Positions 52,516 to 63,159 are shown, counted from the first letter of the stretch. The stretch: DNA of 64,000 nt from an uncultured candidate division Zixibacteria bacterium (GCA_963735035.1 CAVTJJ010000004.1:448001-512000); one strand, 5' to 3'. Notes: generated by a model not told the origin, from the sequence alone. Translations and numbers: made by a program.

Positions 52516-52905
52516 AGTCGGGGACCGACTGCCTAATTTTAGGTGTTGGTCGCCGCAGGACGATTGGACGATTGAAAGGTAAACCGCAGAGGGAGTACGT
52601 TGGAAGATTGATAAAGCTCCACCATCTTCAGATTGATCCTTGGTTAAACCACCCACCTATCTAATTAATCAAGGTCATGGTACCCCTTGCGGTTTACCTC
52701 GTCTAAACCGCTGTCCTGAACGCCATACTTAAGAACCTGACTGAGTCAGCGGGTCCAAGTTAGAAATCTTGGCCTGTGGAGACAGGGTCATCGGTACGCA
52801 TGGTTCGGTATGCGACGTTACTAATTCGTGGGACGTCGGATGGCTGGGGTTGTTCGGCACCACCACATAAGATGGTCCTGCTTCGGCAGGGCCATCTTTC
52901 TTTTT
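52516..52905 (+). ncRNA. Candidate large structured ncRNA (~390 nt), family unassigned
   Basis: Promoter plus terminator; long helices (AGGTAAACCGCAGAGGGAGTAC 52577-98 with GTACCCCTTGCGGTTTACCT 52680-99) and many nested hairpins. Confidence 0.7.
52869..52905 (+). terminator. Rho-independent terminator
   Basis: AAGATGGTCCTGC-TTCG-GCAGGGCCATCTT-TCTTTTT. Confidence 0.85.
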
Positions 52906-52928
52906 GTGCGAGGAAGTGTGGTGCAAGT

Positions 52929-53053
52929 TCGTAGGTCAGGCGGACTTGACGCCTGACGTGGCGAGGCGAAGTTGTTAGGCCCCGAGTCGGCCTGACCTAC
53001 GAAGTGTTCTCGGGCGAGGCGAAGATGTCAGGCCCCGAGTAGGCCTGACCTAC
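52929..53053. repeat. REP doublets (GTAG family)
   Basis: GTAGGTCAGGCGGACTTGACGCCTGAC...GGCCCCGAGT.GGCCTGACCTAC, near-identical to 52233-52302. Confidence 0.75.
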
Positions 53054-53343
53054 GCAGAGCTGTCCGCTCGCAAGTCCACCACGGTCGCGCCACAGCCGCC
53101 GCCGGAACCGGACTCGTGACGGAACGATGCCACCGCCGGATGATCTTTCAACAAGCTGCGAACAATCTCCCGCTGTACGCCAATACCCTTGCCGTGAATG
53201 ATTCGTAGGGTGTATATGCGACGTTTCAAGCATTCTTCGATGTAGTCATTCACGACATCGCGGGTTTCGCTCGGAGTGAACTGGTGCAGATCGAGGGTGC
53301 CGTCGATCGGGTATTCGATTGGTTCGTCGTGTTCGTTTGTCAT
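53050..53343 (-). CDS. Small Smr/MutS2-domain protein
   Basis: LDLH, RIIHGKG.G, G.GAT.V. Confidence 0.88.
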   Translation of the reverse strand: MTNEHDEPIEYPIDGTLDLHQFTPSETRDVVNDYIEECLKRRIYTLRIIHGKGIGVQREIVRSLLKDHPAVASFRHESGSGGGCGATVVDLRADSSA

Positions 53344-53628
53344 ATTCAATCAGATCTGTGTCGGGTTGCTCGACGTGCGCTACACGCACGTCTCGTGAAC
53401 CCGACCTACGTTATTTCACCACATCTATACCGCCGTCAGGCAGAGACGCCTGACGGCACGTTCTGCACAAGTCGAGTGGCGTCAGGTCACACCTCGCCCG
53501 ACTCCGTCGGACTCGGCAGGACCTGACGCAACCTATAAGCCGCCGTCCGCGCTTGATTCGGGGCGGGTTCCGACGTATATATGTCTCTCGGGTACTAAGC
53601 TCGCAACCTGATCTACAGGAGTCAAGTC

Positions 53629-55449
53629 ATGTCATCTGCGCCTAAGATTCCCCCGGCGCCCCGGTGGGACCTCGAATCGATCTTCCCCGGTGGTTCAGCC
53701 TCGCCCCAATATAAAGCTTTCTGCGAGAAGATACGTCAGTCCCTGACCGATGCGGTCCAAAAGCTGGACAAGCTCCCCAAGACATTAACAGCTCAGACTT
53801 CACCGGACTGGCAGGCATTCATACTGCTCCTTCAGGACGTTATCGAGAATATCAAGCTCGCCAAATCGTTTGCCGGGATGCTCGGCGCGCAGAATGTCAA
53901 CGACGCCGGGGCGAATGCGGCCGAGTCGGTCGGCGACGAGCTCCAGTCCGAGTGGAACAAGCTCAAGACCGGGTTCGAGGCGATGGCGCTCAAGCAGACG
54001 GATGACGCCTGGGAGACACTTGTCACAGGCGAGAAGCTGAACCCGGTGCGGTTCTTCCTCGACGAAATACGTCACGAAGCCAAATCGAAAATGCCGGTGG
54101 AGCTCGAATCGCTGGCCCTTGATCTCGGTGTGAGTGGATACCAGGCGTGGAATCGAATCTACGACAAGCTGGCCGGGAACCTTCGCGCCGATTTTCCGGT
54201 CGACGGTCAGACCAAGCAGCTTTCCATGGGGCAATTGGCTACCAAGATGGCCGATCCGGATCGGAGCGTCCGCAAGCTGGCGTTCGAGAAATTGACCGAG
54301 TCGTGGTCATCGGTGGCCGATCTGGCCGCGATGATTCTCAACTCAATGGGCGGGTTCAGACTCTCACTCTACAAAGCGCGCCAATGGGATTCGGTACTGT
54401 TCGAACCGCTCCGTCAGTCGCGGATGTCGCGTGAGGCGCTCGATGCCATGTGGTCGGTCGTGGGGCGCGAGAGTCATCGCCTGCTGCCGTATCTCGAAGC
54501 CAAAATGGAACATCTGGGGATCGACAAGTTCACCTGGTACGATGAATTCGCACCGGTGGGCGCCTCCGAAAAGATGTACACGTTCGACGAGGCGATCCAG
54601 TTCATCGTCGCTAACACCCGCGCGTTTTCGCCCGAGCTGGCTGAGTTTGTTCGTTCGGCGGCGGAAAAGGGGTGGATCGAAGCCGAAGACCGCTCCGGCA
54701 AGCGGGCGGGCGCGTTCTGTTCCGGCACCGGGCCGAAACGCGAGACTCGCATCTTTATGACTTACGGGGGTAGCTATGAGAACCTTCTCACTCTTGCGCA
54801 CGAACTGGGTCACGGCTATCACAACGAAGTGTTGAAGTCGCGGCCGTTTTTCGCCACGATGTACCCCATGCCTCTGGCCGAGACGGCATCGATCTTCAAC
54901 GAACTTCTAGTAACCGACGCCGCCCTGGGGACGACCAACGATCGGGACGAGAAGATGATGTTTCTCGATCAGAAGCTGCAGAACGCATACGTTTTGATGT
55001 GTGACATATACTGTCGCTTCTTGTTCGACAACGCCTTCTACGCCGAGCGACGCAAGGGTGTGGTGAGCCGCACCCGTCTCGATGAACTGATGATCGAGGC
55101 GCAGAAACTGGCCTACGGCAAGCTGCTGGATGAGTCGGGGCATCATCCGTTGTTCTGGGCATCGAAGCTCCACTTCTTCCTCTCAGACAGGCCATACTAC
55201 AACTATCCGTACACGGTCGGATTCCTGTTCGCGACCGGTGTTTATGATCGGGCGCGAAAAGAGGGCGGGTCGTTTGCGAAGAAGTATATCGCTCTGCTCG
55301 AAGATACCGGCAGTATGACCACTGATGATGTCGCGCGCAAGCATCTCGGAGTCGATCTGAAGACTGAAGATTTCTGGCAGGCGGCGGTTGATCGGGCTCT
55401 GGCAGACGTCACCGAGTTCGTGAAGTTGACCGGTTCGTCAGGCCGGTAG
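53629..55449 (+). CDS. M3 oligoendopeptidase F
   Basis: WDL..IF, GKR.GAFC, TLAHELGHGYH, AETAS.F.E, YNYPY..G. Confidence 0.9.
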   Translation: MSSAPKIPPAPRWDLESIFPGGSASPQYKAFCEKIRQSLTDAVQKLDKLPKTLTAQTSPDWQAFILLLQDVIENIKLAKSFAGMLGAQNVNDAGANAAESVGDELQSEWNKLKTGFEAMALKQTDDAWETLVTGEKLNPVRFFLDEIRHEAKSKMPVELESLALDLGVSGYQAWNRIYDKLAGNLRADFPVDGQTKQLSMGQLATKMADPDRSVRKLAFEKLTESWSSVADLAAMILNSMGGFRLSLYKARQWDSVLFEPLRQSRMSREALDAMWSVVGRESHRLLPYLEAKMEHLGIDKFTWYDEFAPVGASEKMYTFDEAIQFIVANTRAFSPELAEFVRSAAEKGWIEAEDRSGKRAGAFCSGTGPKRETRIFMTYGGSYENLLTLAHELGHGYHNEVLKSRPFFATMYPMPLAETASIFNELLVTDAALGTTNDRDEKMMFLDQKLQNAYVLMCDIYCRFLFDNAFYAERRKGVVSRTRLDELMIEAQKLAYGKLLDESGHHPLFWASKLHFFLSDRPYYNYPYTVGFLFATGVYDRARKEGGSFAKKYIALLEDTGSMTTDDVARKHLGVDLKTEDFWQAAVDRALADVTEFVKLTGSSGR

Positions 55450-55682
55450 GCGATGCTCCTCTAAGTCACGGCGCAGAATCTACTTCTGTGGGCCGGTGTG
55501 CCCGACGGGCCATTGGCCCAATTCATCTGCAACATCTCCAATCCATCCTCTGTCTATTAACCAGACCGAGGGGCTTCTGGCCCCATGGTCCGAGCCTTTG
55601 AAACCCTTTGGGTTACGACTCGTAAGTGTACTCAAAGGCATCGCGGTTGGACGCTCGAATATCCGTTCAGGAGTAGATTAGC

Positions 55683-56780
55683 ATGTTCAAGAAAATTGCG
55701 ATTGGTGTCGTCGTGCTCGGAGTCACCGCCACGGCGATATTCTTCTTTGTCAGCGACGGCTCCGCCAGCCGCGACCAGGGACCCAAGACGGTCGCCGTTA
55801 TCAAAGGCGAGATCGTCGACAAGGCGCTGGCGGTCGGTATGATCGAGCCGCGCAAACAGGTCTCAGTCAAGTCCAAGATCGCCGGGTTGGTCCGTCGCGC
55901 CTATGTTGACGTCGGCGATGTCGTCAAAGCCGGCGATCCGCTCTTCGACATCGCGCCCGACCCTACGCCGGTCGAGTTCGCCGAGGCCAAGCGCCAGCTC
56001 GAACTGGCAGAAGTTACATTCGCCAATGTCCAGCGCGAGTATGAACGAAGTCGCTCTCTCCTTGATAAGCAGTTGATCTCGACCGAGGAATTCGAGTCGA
56101 AGCAGGCCCAATTCGAGGAATCCGAACTTCGCGCCAAGCTCGCCCGTGAGAAACTAGCGTTGATCGAATCCGGTCGCACCAATGTGGCCGACCGTGAAGT
56201 AGACAACATTATCAAATCACCTATCGCAGGTATGGTACTGACGAGAATGGTCGAAGAAGGTGACCCGATTGTGCCGCTGACCAGTTATCAGTCCGGTACC
56301 GAGCTGATGACCCTCGCGCACATGGAAGACCTGATCTTCAAGGGGAATGTCGACGAGATCGATGTCGGCAAGCTGCATGTCGGTATGGAAGTTGAGCTCG
56401 AAATAGGCGCTTTGCCGGGCACCAAGGTTATGGGCAAGCTCGCGCGGGTTTCACCGAAGGCTCACCGTGAAGAGGGCGCCACCCTGTTCGAAGTCGAAGT
56501 CGAAATCACTCAGTCCGAAGGGACCTTTCTGCGAGCTGGTTATAGCGCCAACGCCAGCGTCATGATTACCAAGAAGACCGGCATTCTGCTCGCCCCCGAA
56601 CGACTGATTACCATGCTGGATTCGTCCGCCTCGTGCGAAGTAATGGACAGTGTCGGTGCTATTGCCAAACGTGATGTGAAAACAGGGCTGTCCGATGGCG
56701 TGAATATCGAAATCCTCAGCGGCGTCAACGAGGGTGAGTTGCTGGTGGAACGCCCGCCTAAGGAAATCACCGGGAAGTAA
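55683..56780 (+). CDS. Periplasmic adaptor (MacA/HlyD-like)
   Basis: N-terminal TM, lipoyl half-motifs V.VGD.VKAG, coiled coil, I.SPI.G.V, VDE.D.GK. Confidence 0.88.
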   Translation: MFKKIAIGVVVLGVTATAIFFFVSDGSASRDQGPKTVAVIKGEIVDKALAVGMIEPRKQVSVKSKIAGLVRRAYVDVGDVVKAGDPLFDIAPDPTPVEFAEAKRQLELAEVTFANVQREYERSRSLLDKQLISTEEFESKQAQFEESELRAKLAREKLALIESGRTNVADREVDNIIKSPIAGMVLTRMVEEGDPIVPLTSYQSGTELMTLAHMEDLIFKGNVDEIDVGKLHVGMEVELEIGALPGTKVMGKLARVSPKAHREEGATLFEVEVEITQSEGTFLRAGYSANASVMITKKTGILLAPERLITMLDSSASCEVMDSVGAIAKRDVKTGLSDGVNIEILSGVNEGELLVERPPKEITGK

Positions 56781-56805
56781 CAACCGACACCTGACGTGTG
56801 ACACC

Positions 56806-58041
56806 ATGAATATTCTCCTGTCATTGAAGCAATTCATGTCGGACCTGCGACGGCAGAAGCTTCGCACGGTCATGACCATGTTCGGCATCTTCTGGGGCAC
56901 CTGCTCGATCGTGCTGCTGTTTGCCTTCGGCAAGGGGATTACCGAACAGCAACTGAAGTCACAGAAGGGGCTGGGGGAGAATATTGTCATCATTTGGCCG
57001 GGGATCACATCGAAAGAATTTGCCGGTCTCCCCAAAGGTCGACGCGTTCAGCCGAACGAGGACGATGTCATATACATCAAAGAGAGAGCGAAAACGATCG
57101 AGCGGATATCACCTGAGAACGGCCGTAATATAACAATCAAGTACGGCAAGCAGAACACGCAGCGTCAGGTGGTCGGTGTGTGGCCGGAATTCGGCGAGAT
57201 GCGCAACCTGGTGCCGAACTATGGTTCGCGCTTTATCAACGACCGGGACATTCAGGATCGCCGTCGAGTGATATTTCTTGGCGACGAACTGGCCAAGGAC
57301 TTGTTCGGTGACAGCGCCGCCGCAGTTGGCCAGGAGATTCTCCTGAACGGCATGCCGTTCAAAGTAGTGGGTGTCCTAAAGACCAAGGAGCAGGACAGCT
57401 CGTACCGGGGACGAGATAACCGCATGGCTTACATCCCGCACAGCACCTATCAGGCGATGTTCTCCGAGCGGTACTGCGATGATTTCGTGGCGCAATGCTA
57501 TCCCCAGTTTACCGGGGCCATCGCCCAAAAAGAGATCTACACTCTGCTGGGGCAGAAATACAAATTCGATCCTTCCGATGTCGGTGCCTTGAGTGTCTGG
57601 GACACTACCGAGAGTTTCGCTTTTCTAAAGAATTTCTTCTATGCCTTCTCGGCTTTCCTGGTCGGGATAGGCGTGGCCACGCTCATAACGGGCGGTATCG
57701 GCGTTACCAATATCATGAATGCTGTGCTCGAGGAACGCACGAAGGAAATCGGGATCAAGATGGCTCTCGGTGCGCGCAAGTCGACGATTCTCTCGCAGTT
57801 CATCTTCGAGACACTGGTCATTACGGCGGTAGGCGGGATACTCGGATTCTTGTTCGCTTTCAGCATCGTGAAAATCGTGCCGCTGTTTGGCGGCGAAGTG
57901 TACATCGGCATTCCCCAAATAGACACGCTTGGTAGTGTGTCGGTAATAGCTGTTCTCGGGATGGTCGGCCTGGTGGCGGGAATTTTTCCCGCTCGGCGCG
58001 CCGCGAATCTGCAACCGGTCCAGGCCCTGAAGCTTTTCTGA
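56806..58041 (+). CDS. MacB/FtsX-type ABC permease
   Basis: KLRTV.TM.GI.WG, GGIGV.NIM...V.ERTKEIGIKMALGA, PARRAA. Confidence 0.9.
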   Translation: MNILLSLKQFMSDLRRQKLRTVMTMFGIFWGTCSIVLLFAFGKGITEQQLKSQKGLGENIVIIWPGITSKEFAGLPKGRRVQPNEDDVIYIKERAKTIERISPENGRNITIKYGKQNTQRQVVGVWPEFGEMRNLVPNYGSRFINDRDIQDRRRVIFLGDELAKDLFGDSAAAVGQEILLNGMPFKVVGVLKTKEQDSSYRGRDNRMAYIPHSTYQAMFSERYCDDFVAQCYPQFTGAIAQKEIYTLLGQKYKFDPSDVGALSVWDTTESFAFLKNFFYAFSAFLVGIGVATLITGGIGVTNIMNAVLEERTKEIGIKMALGARKSTILSQFIFETLVITAVGGILGFLFAFSIVKIVPLFGGEVYIGIPQIDTLGSVSVIAVLGMVGLVAGIFPARRAANLQPVQALKLF

Positions 58042-58048
58042 TACAGAT

Positions 58049-59296
58049 ATGAATATTGGCACTCTTTACAACGTTTTCATCCGCGATTTCCGGAAACAGA
58101 AGAAGCGGATCACCCTCACGCTCATAGCGCTCGGCTGGGGCACCGTGTCGATCATGGTCATGCTCGCGTTTGGCGAGGGTCTGCAGCGCCAACTCGTCAC
58201 CAACAAAAAAGGGATGGGCGATGGGATCTGCGTCCTCTGGGGTGGGCAGACGTCGATTCCTTTCAAGGGTCTTGGCAAGGGACGTCCGATCCGGTTCACG
58301 CCCGAAGACGTTGACTACATCAAGACTCGAATTCCGGCTATCGCGGAGATAAGCGGTGAATTCCACCGCTGGGGCGCCGATGTTCAGGCCGACGGCAACG
58401 TCGTCAGCGCCCATGTGACCGGTGTCGGTCCCGAGTTCGAGGATATGCGGAATCATATCCCCGATTGGGGCGGGCGGATGATCGACGCTATCGATATGAA
58501 TGAGCGGCGGCGGGTCGCCTTCATCGGCGACGGGACCAAGAAGCAGTTGTTTGGCGACAAGGAGGCGGTCGGGCAGCGGATCACGATCGATGGCACGCCA
58601 TTTCTGGTGGTCGGTGTGATGAAGCACAAGATGGAGATGAGCAGCTATAGCGGACAGGACTTTGACAAGATTTCCATCCCGTTGACGACATTTGAAGCCA
58701 TCTACGGCAACCGGTATCTCGGAAACATCGTCTACCGGGCCCGTGACATCACCAGGACTTCTGATGTCGAGAGGCAATTGTTTGAAGTGCTTGGGGCCAA
58801 GTACCGGTTCGATTCGAAGGATGATCGCGCGCTGAGCGTGTGGGATTTCGTCAAGGACACGCAGGAATTGAACAACGTGCTACTAGGTATAAAGATATTC
58901 CTAGGCATTATCGGCGGACTCACGCTCATAATTGCGGGTGTGGGCGTGGCCAATATCATGTATGTATCAATCAAAGAGCGCACGCGGGAGATCGGCATCA
59001 AGATGGCAGTCGGGGCGCGCCGAAGCTACATCCTCGCACAGTTTCTCGTCGAAGCGCTGATCATTACTTTCGGGGGCGGCATCGGCGGTATGCTGGTGAG
59101 TTATGTTCTCACCAAGGGGTTCGAACGGTTGCCGATCGAATCCGATATGCTGTCATTCATGGGACGTCCGACTCTGTCGCCGGAGATAGGTATAGCCGTG
59201 ACTATCATTCTCGGCCTGGTCGGCATTGTGTCCGGTCTTTTTCCTGCCATGCGGGCCGCCTCGCTGAGTCCGGTTGAATCATTGCGATACGAATAG
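58049..59296 (+). CDS. MacB/FtsX-type ABC permease
   Basis: GVGVANIMYVSIKERTREIGIKMAVGA, FPAMRAA.L.PVESLRYE. Confidence 0.9.
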   Translation: MNIGTLYNVFIRDFRKQKKRITLTLIALGWGTVSIMVMLAFGEGLQRQLVTNKKGMGDGICVLWGGQTSIPFKGLGKGRPIRFTPEDVDYIKTRIPAIAEISGEFHRWGADVQADGNVVSAHVTGVGPEFEDMRNHIPDWGGRMIDAIDMNERRRVAFIGDGTKKQLFGDKEAVGQRITIDGTPFLVVGVMKHKMEMSSYSGQDFDKISIPLTTFEAIYGNRYLGNIVYRARDITRTSDVERQLFEVLGAKYRFDSKDDRALSVWDFVKDTQELNNVLLGIKIFLGIIGGLTLIIAGVGVANIMYVSIKERTREIGIKMAVGARRSYILAQFLVEALIITFGGGIGGMLVSYVLTKGFERLPIESDMLSFMGRPTLSPEIGIAVTIILGLVGIVSGLFPAMRAASLSPVESLRYE

Positions 59297-59306
59297 GAAG
59301 ACGCGT

Positions 59307-59996
59307 ATGGGGCAGAATATCATATACATGAAGCAGCTCAGGAAGACCTACACTACCGGCGCAGTGACGTTCGACGCTCTCAAGGGCGTGGACGTCCGGG
59401 TGGATCGCGGCGAATTCATCGCTGTGGTGGGGCCGTCCGGTTCGGGCAAATCGACTCTGATGAATGTCATGGGATGTCTCGACGTCCCCTCCAGTGGCGT
59501 CTACAAGCTGGAGGATCGGGTCGTGAATACACTCTCGTCGAACGATCTGGCCGATATTCGCAATAAGAAGATCGGCTTCGTCTTTCAGGCGTTCAATCTG
59601 CTTCCGTATGCGACTGCCGCCGAGAATGTCGAAGTCCCTCTCCTGTTTGCGCACATCAACGGCAAGAACCGGCGCGCGCGGGTGGGTGAACTGCTCTCGC
59701 GGGTGGGACTGGCCGACAAAGCCAACAACCGTCCGACCGAAATGTCCGGCGGCGAGATGCAGCGGGTGGCGATCGCCCGCGCACTCGCCAACGAGCCGGA
59801 TATTATCCTCGCCGATGAACCCACCGGCAACCTCGACACGAAATCCGGCTCAGCGATTGTGGAGATGTTCAAGGAATTGTGGCAGGCCGGCAAGACGATT
59901 GTGATCATCACACACGACATGTCGGTGGCCCACCAGGCCGAGCGAATCATCCGCCTCAAAGACGGTCTGATCGACACGAACGGGGACTCGACTTAG
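59307..59996 (+). CDS. ABC transporter ATP-binding protein (LolD/MacB-type)
   Basis: GPSGSGKST, GFVFQAFNL, MSGGEMQRVAIARAL, ADEPTGNLD. Confidence 0.93.
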   Translation: MGQNIIYMKQLRKTYTTGAVTFDALKGVDVRVDRGEFIAVVGPSGSGKSTLMNVMGCLDVPSSGVYKLEDRVVNTLSSNDLADIRNKKIGFVFQAFNLLPYATAAENVEVPLLFAHINGKNRRARVGELLSRVGLADKANNRPTEMSGGEMQRVAIARALANEPDIILADEPTGNLDTKSGSAIVEMFKELWQAGKTIVIITHDMSVAHQAERIIRLKDGLIDTNGDST

Positions 59997-60124
59997 AAGT
60001 CCGTCCTGCGCCGGATCCCGGTGCGATCTTCATTCCCAATTACCATTCTCATTGACACAGACAATCAGTTCGCCTATCTTGTGGTCATTGCGACTATTTC
60101 ATAGGATAGATACAGGAGAAAAGC

Positions 60125-60869
60125 ATGAGAAACTTTGGCGCCGGCTGCGTTGTAATGTGTCTGCGCCGGATTCCGGTGCGATCTTCATCATTAATTCTCA
60201 TTGACCAGACATCGGATGGTAGCACATTAGGTAGTCAGAGAAGTGAGTTTGCGCTGCTGCGTTGTAATGTTGCTTCGGGTGCGGACCTAAGATCTACACG
60301 AGCCCTGACTTTGAACCAGATTGAACCACAAAACTGTTGCGATCCTTCCGTTTGAAGTCATCATGGATCCGAACAAACTGCCCAAAGACTATACTCTCGA
60401 GATGAAGCGGGACGCCGAAAATGCTGAGGCGTACAATTTCCAGCAGGAGCTCTACTTCCAGTTTCTCAAGAGGCAGGAAAAGGGCGAGTATACGGTTGAA
60501 TTTCAGGATGTAGACAAAACCAAGGCTCTTCTAAGCAAAGCTACGATTACAAACCGTGACTTGAGTAGATATACCAAAGAAGAATTACAGGCCATCCTCG
60601 GTGTGGATGCCCTGGTTTCCGGCACCATTCACCGCTCAAAGCCGATGTCGACCGGAACGGCGGTTGTATTGGGGGTGCTGTTTGGAGCTTGGGGCAATAC
60701 CAACGAAGTGAATGTCAGCATGAATATTCACGATGGGGCCTCAGGAGATCTGCTCTGGAAATACGATCACAAGGCATCAGGAAGCGTAGGCAGCTCGTCC
60801 GAGGGATTGGCGCAATCTCTTATGAAGAACATCTCAAAGAAGTTTCCTTATAAGAAGCCAGAGGCCTGA
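60125..60869 (+). CDS. Hypothetical lipoprotein; 5' part scrambled in this sequence
   Basis: AGGAG+ATG at 60125; fragment GCGPKIYTSPDFE at ~60277; intact body from 60321 (HKTVAILPF...LGVDA..SG.I...LLWKY). Confidence 0.55.
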
Positions 60870-60929
60870 GTAAGAAGTTCTCGGCGTCGGAAATCTTGAC
60901 AACTTTGTCCGATTATGGCATTGTTAGTC

Positions 60930-61662
60930 ATGGAGCGGCAAGTAAGGGCTGGATTGACTTCAGAACATCTTTGGCCATGTTTGTGGCTGAGGTGTCTGGC
61001 GGTAGTGGCACTGTCGCTATTTGCCACGTCGGGCGTCCTGGCTGGCGAAGTTACTGGCGACGTGGCCGGTGGCCAAACCGGGATAGTTGCTCAGAGCGAT
61101 CTATCGGATGACAGTGTAGGTTCCGAGGTCGCTTATAAGCCCGGAGCTCAAGACTGGCCGGACGTCGGCATTCGCCTTGGATCAAGCTTTGGTTTCTTAT
61201 CGGGTGGTTGGTTAAGCCCCAATGAAACGAGTTTCAGTCTCGACCTGGGACTCATTATTCCTGATCGGGCACCGCTTTGCAGTGCGTTCTAACGCCCACG
61301 GGACGTCGATGAAGTATCACCCGGCAGATCCTGGTAGCCCTCCGTCAGAGTTGCCGCGAAGCGGATCTGTCGATATGTGGCGATGGATGGTAGGTATCGC
61401 GGGGTACGGCAACTCAGATTGGTATCGAAAAGGATCCTGGACACCTTACGCCTACCTGGGGGCCGGTGTCGCGAAGCGTTCGGTCAGGAAGTTTGCGGCG
61501 GAATTTGGCAGTGGGAGTTTGGTTATGATAGGTGAAGGTATTGGCCTCGACGTAGGCGCCGAACTGACCTGCGTGTTGAACGGTTTCGGAGAGAAGTACA
61601 AGGGTCGCGAACTGGCCAGCATCCTGGATATCAACGTCGCACTTGTGTTTAGAGCTCGATGA
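60930..61662 (+). CDS. Putative small outer-membrane beta-barrel protein; +1 frameshift at ~61260
   Basis: Signal peptide, then beta-strand pattern with WTPYAYLGAG after the frame correction. Confidence 0.5.
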
Positions 61663-61715
61663 AGACAACCGCTTGAGGTCGCTCCGGTAGATACCTTCAG
61701 AAAGGCCGACTGCGC

Positions 61716-62222
61716 ATGCTCTGGGTCAACCGCAAATTCGAATTCATCCTCCCGGTCGAGATGTTTCCCAATGTCCTCGAGCGGCTGCGCGGTACTCCGG
61801 CGCGCCTCGAAGAAAAGACTACCGGGCTCACTATCGAGATTCTGATTCGCAGACCCGACGGCAAATGGTCGATCCAGGAACAGGTTGGCCATCTGGGTGA
61901 CGTGGAAGAACTCTGGCACGGCCGGATCGATGACTATGAAGCCGGTCTCAAAGAACTCCGCCCGGCCGATATCACCAATCGCGTTACCAGCCACAAAGAC
62001 CACAACTCCGACCGTCTTGAACATCTGCTCCAGGTTTTTCGAAACGAGCGATTGCGACTGGTAAGCCGGTTCGAGCAGCTTGGAGTTGCCCGGGCCGGAA
62101 ACTCCGCCAACCACCCCCGGCTGAACCAGCCGATGCGTGTGATCGACCTCGCTTTCTTCATTGCCGAGCACGATGACCACCACCTGGTGTCGATCCAAAG
62201 TCTGCTGACTGGCCGGTCTTGA
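61716..62222 (+). CDS. DinB/YfiT-family protein
   Basis: GKWSIQEQVGHL.D.E and EHDDHH metal-ligand His residues. Confidence 0.85.
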   Translation: MLWVNRKFEFILPVEMFPNVLERLRGTPARLEEKTTGLTIEILIRRPDGKWSIQEQVGHLGDVEELWHGRIDDYEAGLKELRPADITNRVTSHKDHNSDRLEHLLQVFRNERLRLVSRFEQLGVARAGNSANHPRLNQPMRVIDLAFFIAEHDDHHLVSIQSLLTGRS

Positions 62223-62434
62223 CCGCCGGTGGGTGACTCTGGCTGCGGCAAATTCCTGAAACCAACGTGGAGTTCTTTGGTCTTTCGCCAATTGCTCATA
62301 TATGATAGAGGAACGCAACCCATGTTGTGGCGATTACGCAGGAAGTTGCAGGAGAATGCACAAAGTCTGAACAGGTTAGCAGCGGAACGCCCTTTATGAT
62401 CGTCTAACTCGTTACAGGTCAATGTGCTAGATAT

Positions 62435-62449
62435 TGGCATCGATCTTGC
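62435..62449 (+). promoter_or_regulatory. sigma54 promoter
   Basis: TGGCAT-CGATC-TTGC with exact GG-N10-GC spacing, upstream of a PEP-CTERM gene. Confidence 0.7.
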
Positions 62450-62499
62450 CTACTAATCCGGCAGGAAAGTATACCCTTAGGCGAAATAGGATACCAAAA

Positions 62500-63105
62500 G
62501 TGACCAGAACCAAACTTCTCCTCCTCGCGGCTTTGATTACGTTGGCTTTCGTGCCCACGACTCAGGCCGTACCGTTGATGACCGAGACGATTCAGCAGAA
62601 TTATCATTTCGGTATTGACGGTCATACTTACATGTATGCCTCGATCGTCGATTTCTACCAGAGACGACCGGACACCTACGACGGTGGAGTCTGGATCGGC
62701 ACAGGCCAGGGCATGGAGTCCGAACTCTCCTGGAGCCATACCCTTCCTCCGGGTCTGCACGTTCCGCCGGATTTGGTTTCCAAGGCCAAGCTCAAAATCG
62801 ACGGTGAATATGTCGACACGCGCGACAACCGGATCGAAATTCAGGGCACTTGGGATTGGGATCCGCTCGAGCACCAGTGGCAGGATAACAGCATCTACAA
62901 CCTGGCCAATGTGGACCAGGCTGGATTCTGGAACGGTGGTTCCCTCGCTGTTAACATCTTTGCCGGTGAAAACGACCTTCGGATCGACGAAGCTGTCCTC
63001 ATGATGGATTACGCTTACGCCGTGCCGGAGCCGGCTGGATTCTTCCTGCTGGGTATCGGACTGGTTGGCGGCCTGGTATACCGCCGCGTCCGCAGTGTCG
63101 CCTAA
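62500..63105 (+). CDS. PEP-CTERM sorting-domain protein
   Basis: Signal peptide (..TQA) and C-terminal VPEP + TM + RRVR. Confidence 0.88.
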   Translation: MTRTKLLLLAALITLAFVPTTQAVPLMTETIQQNYHFGIDGHTYMYASIVDFYQRRPDTYDGGVWIGTGQGMESELSWSHTLPPGLHVPPDLVSKAKLKIDGEYVDTRDNRIEIQGTWDWDPLEHQWQDNSIYNLANVDQAGFWNGGSLAVNIFAGENDLRIDEAVLMMDYAYAVPEPAGFFLLGIGLVGGLVYRRVRSVA

Positions 63106-63126
63106 GTACTTTCTCAGAGAAATTTC

Positions 63127-63159
63127 AAGCGGTCGGCCTTCGGGTCGACCGCTTTTTTT
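63127..63159 (+). terminator. Rho-independent terminator
   Basis: AAGCGGTCGGCC-TTCG-GGTCGACCGCTT-TTTTT. Confidence 0.85.

Noticed and set aside
52516..52905. Assignment as tmRNA, RNase P RNA, SRP RNA or tRNA (ends near CACCACCA)
   Set aside because: No T-arm/acceptor stem pairing with the 5' end, no GAGGAAAGTCC and no SRP helix-8 motif seen.
60001..60320. Imperfect tandem duplication as a regulatory or phase-variable element
   Set aside because: The second copy is riddled with indels and scrambles a lipoprotein signal sequence; likely a consensus artifact.
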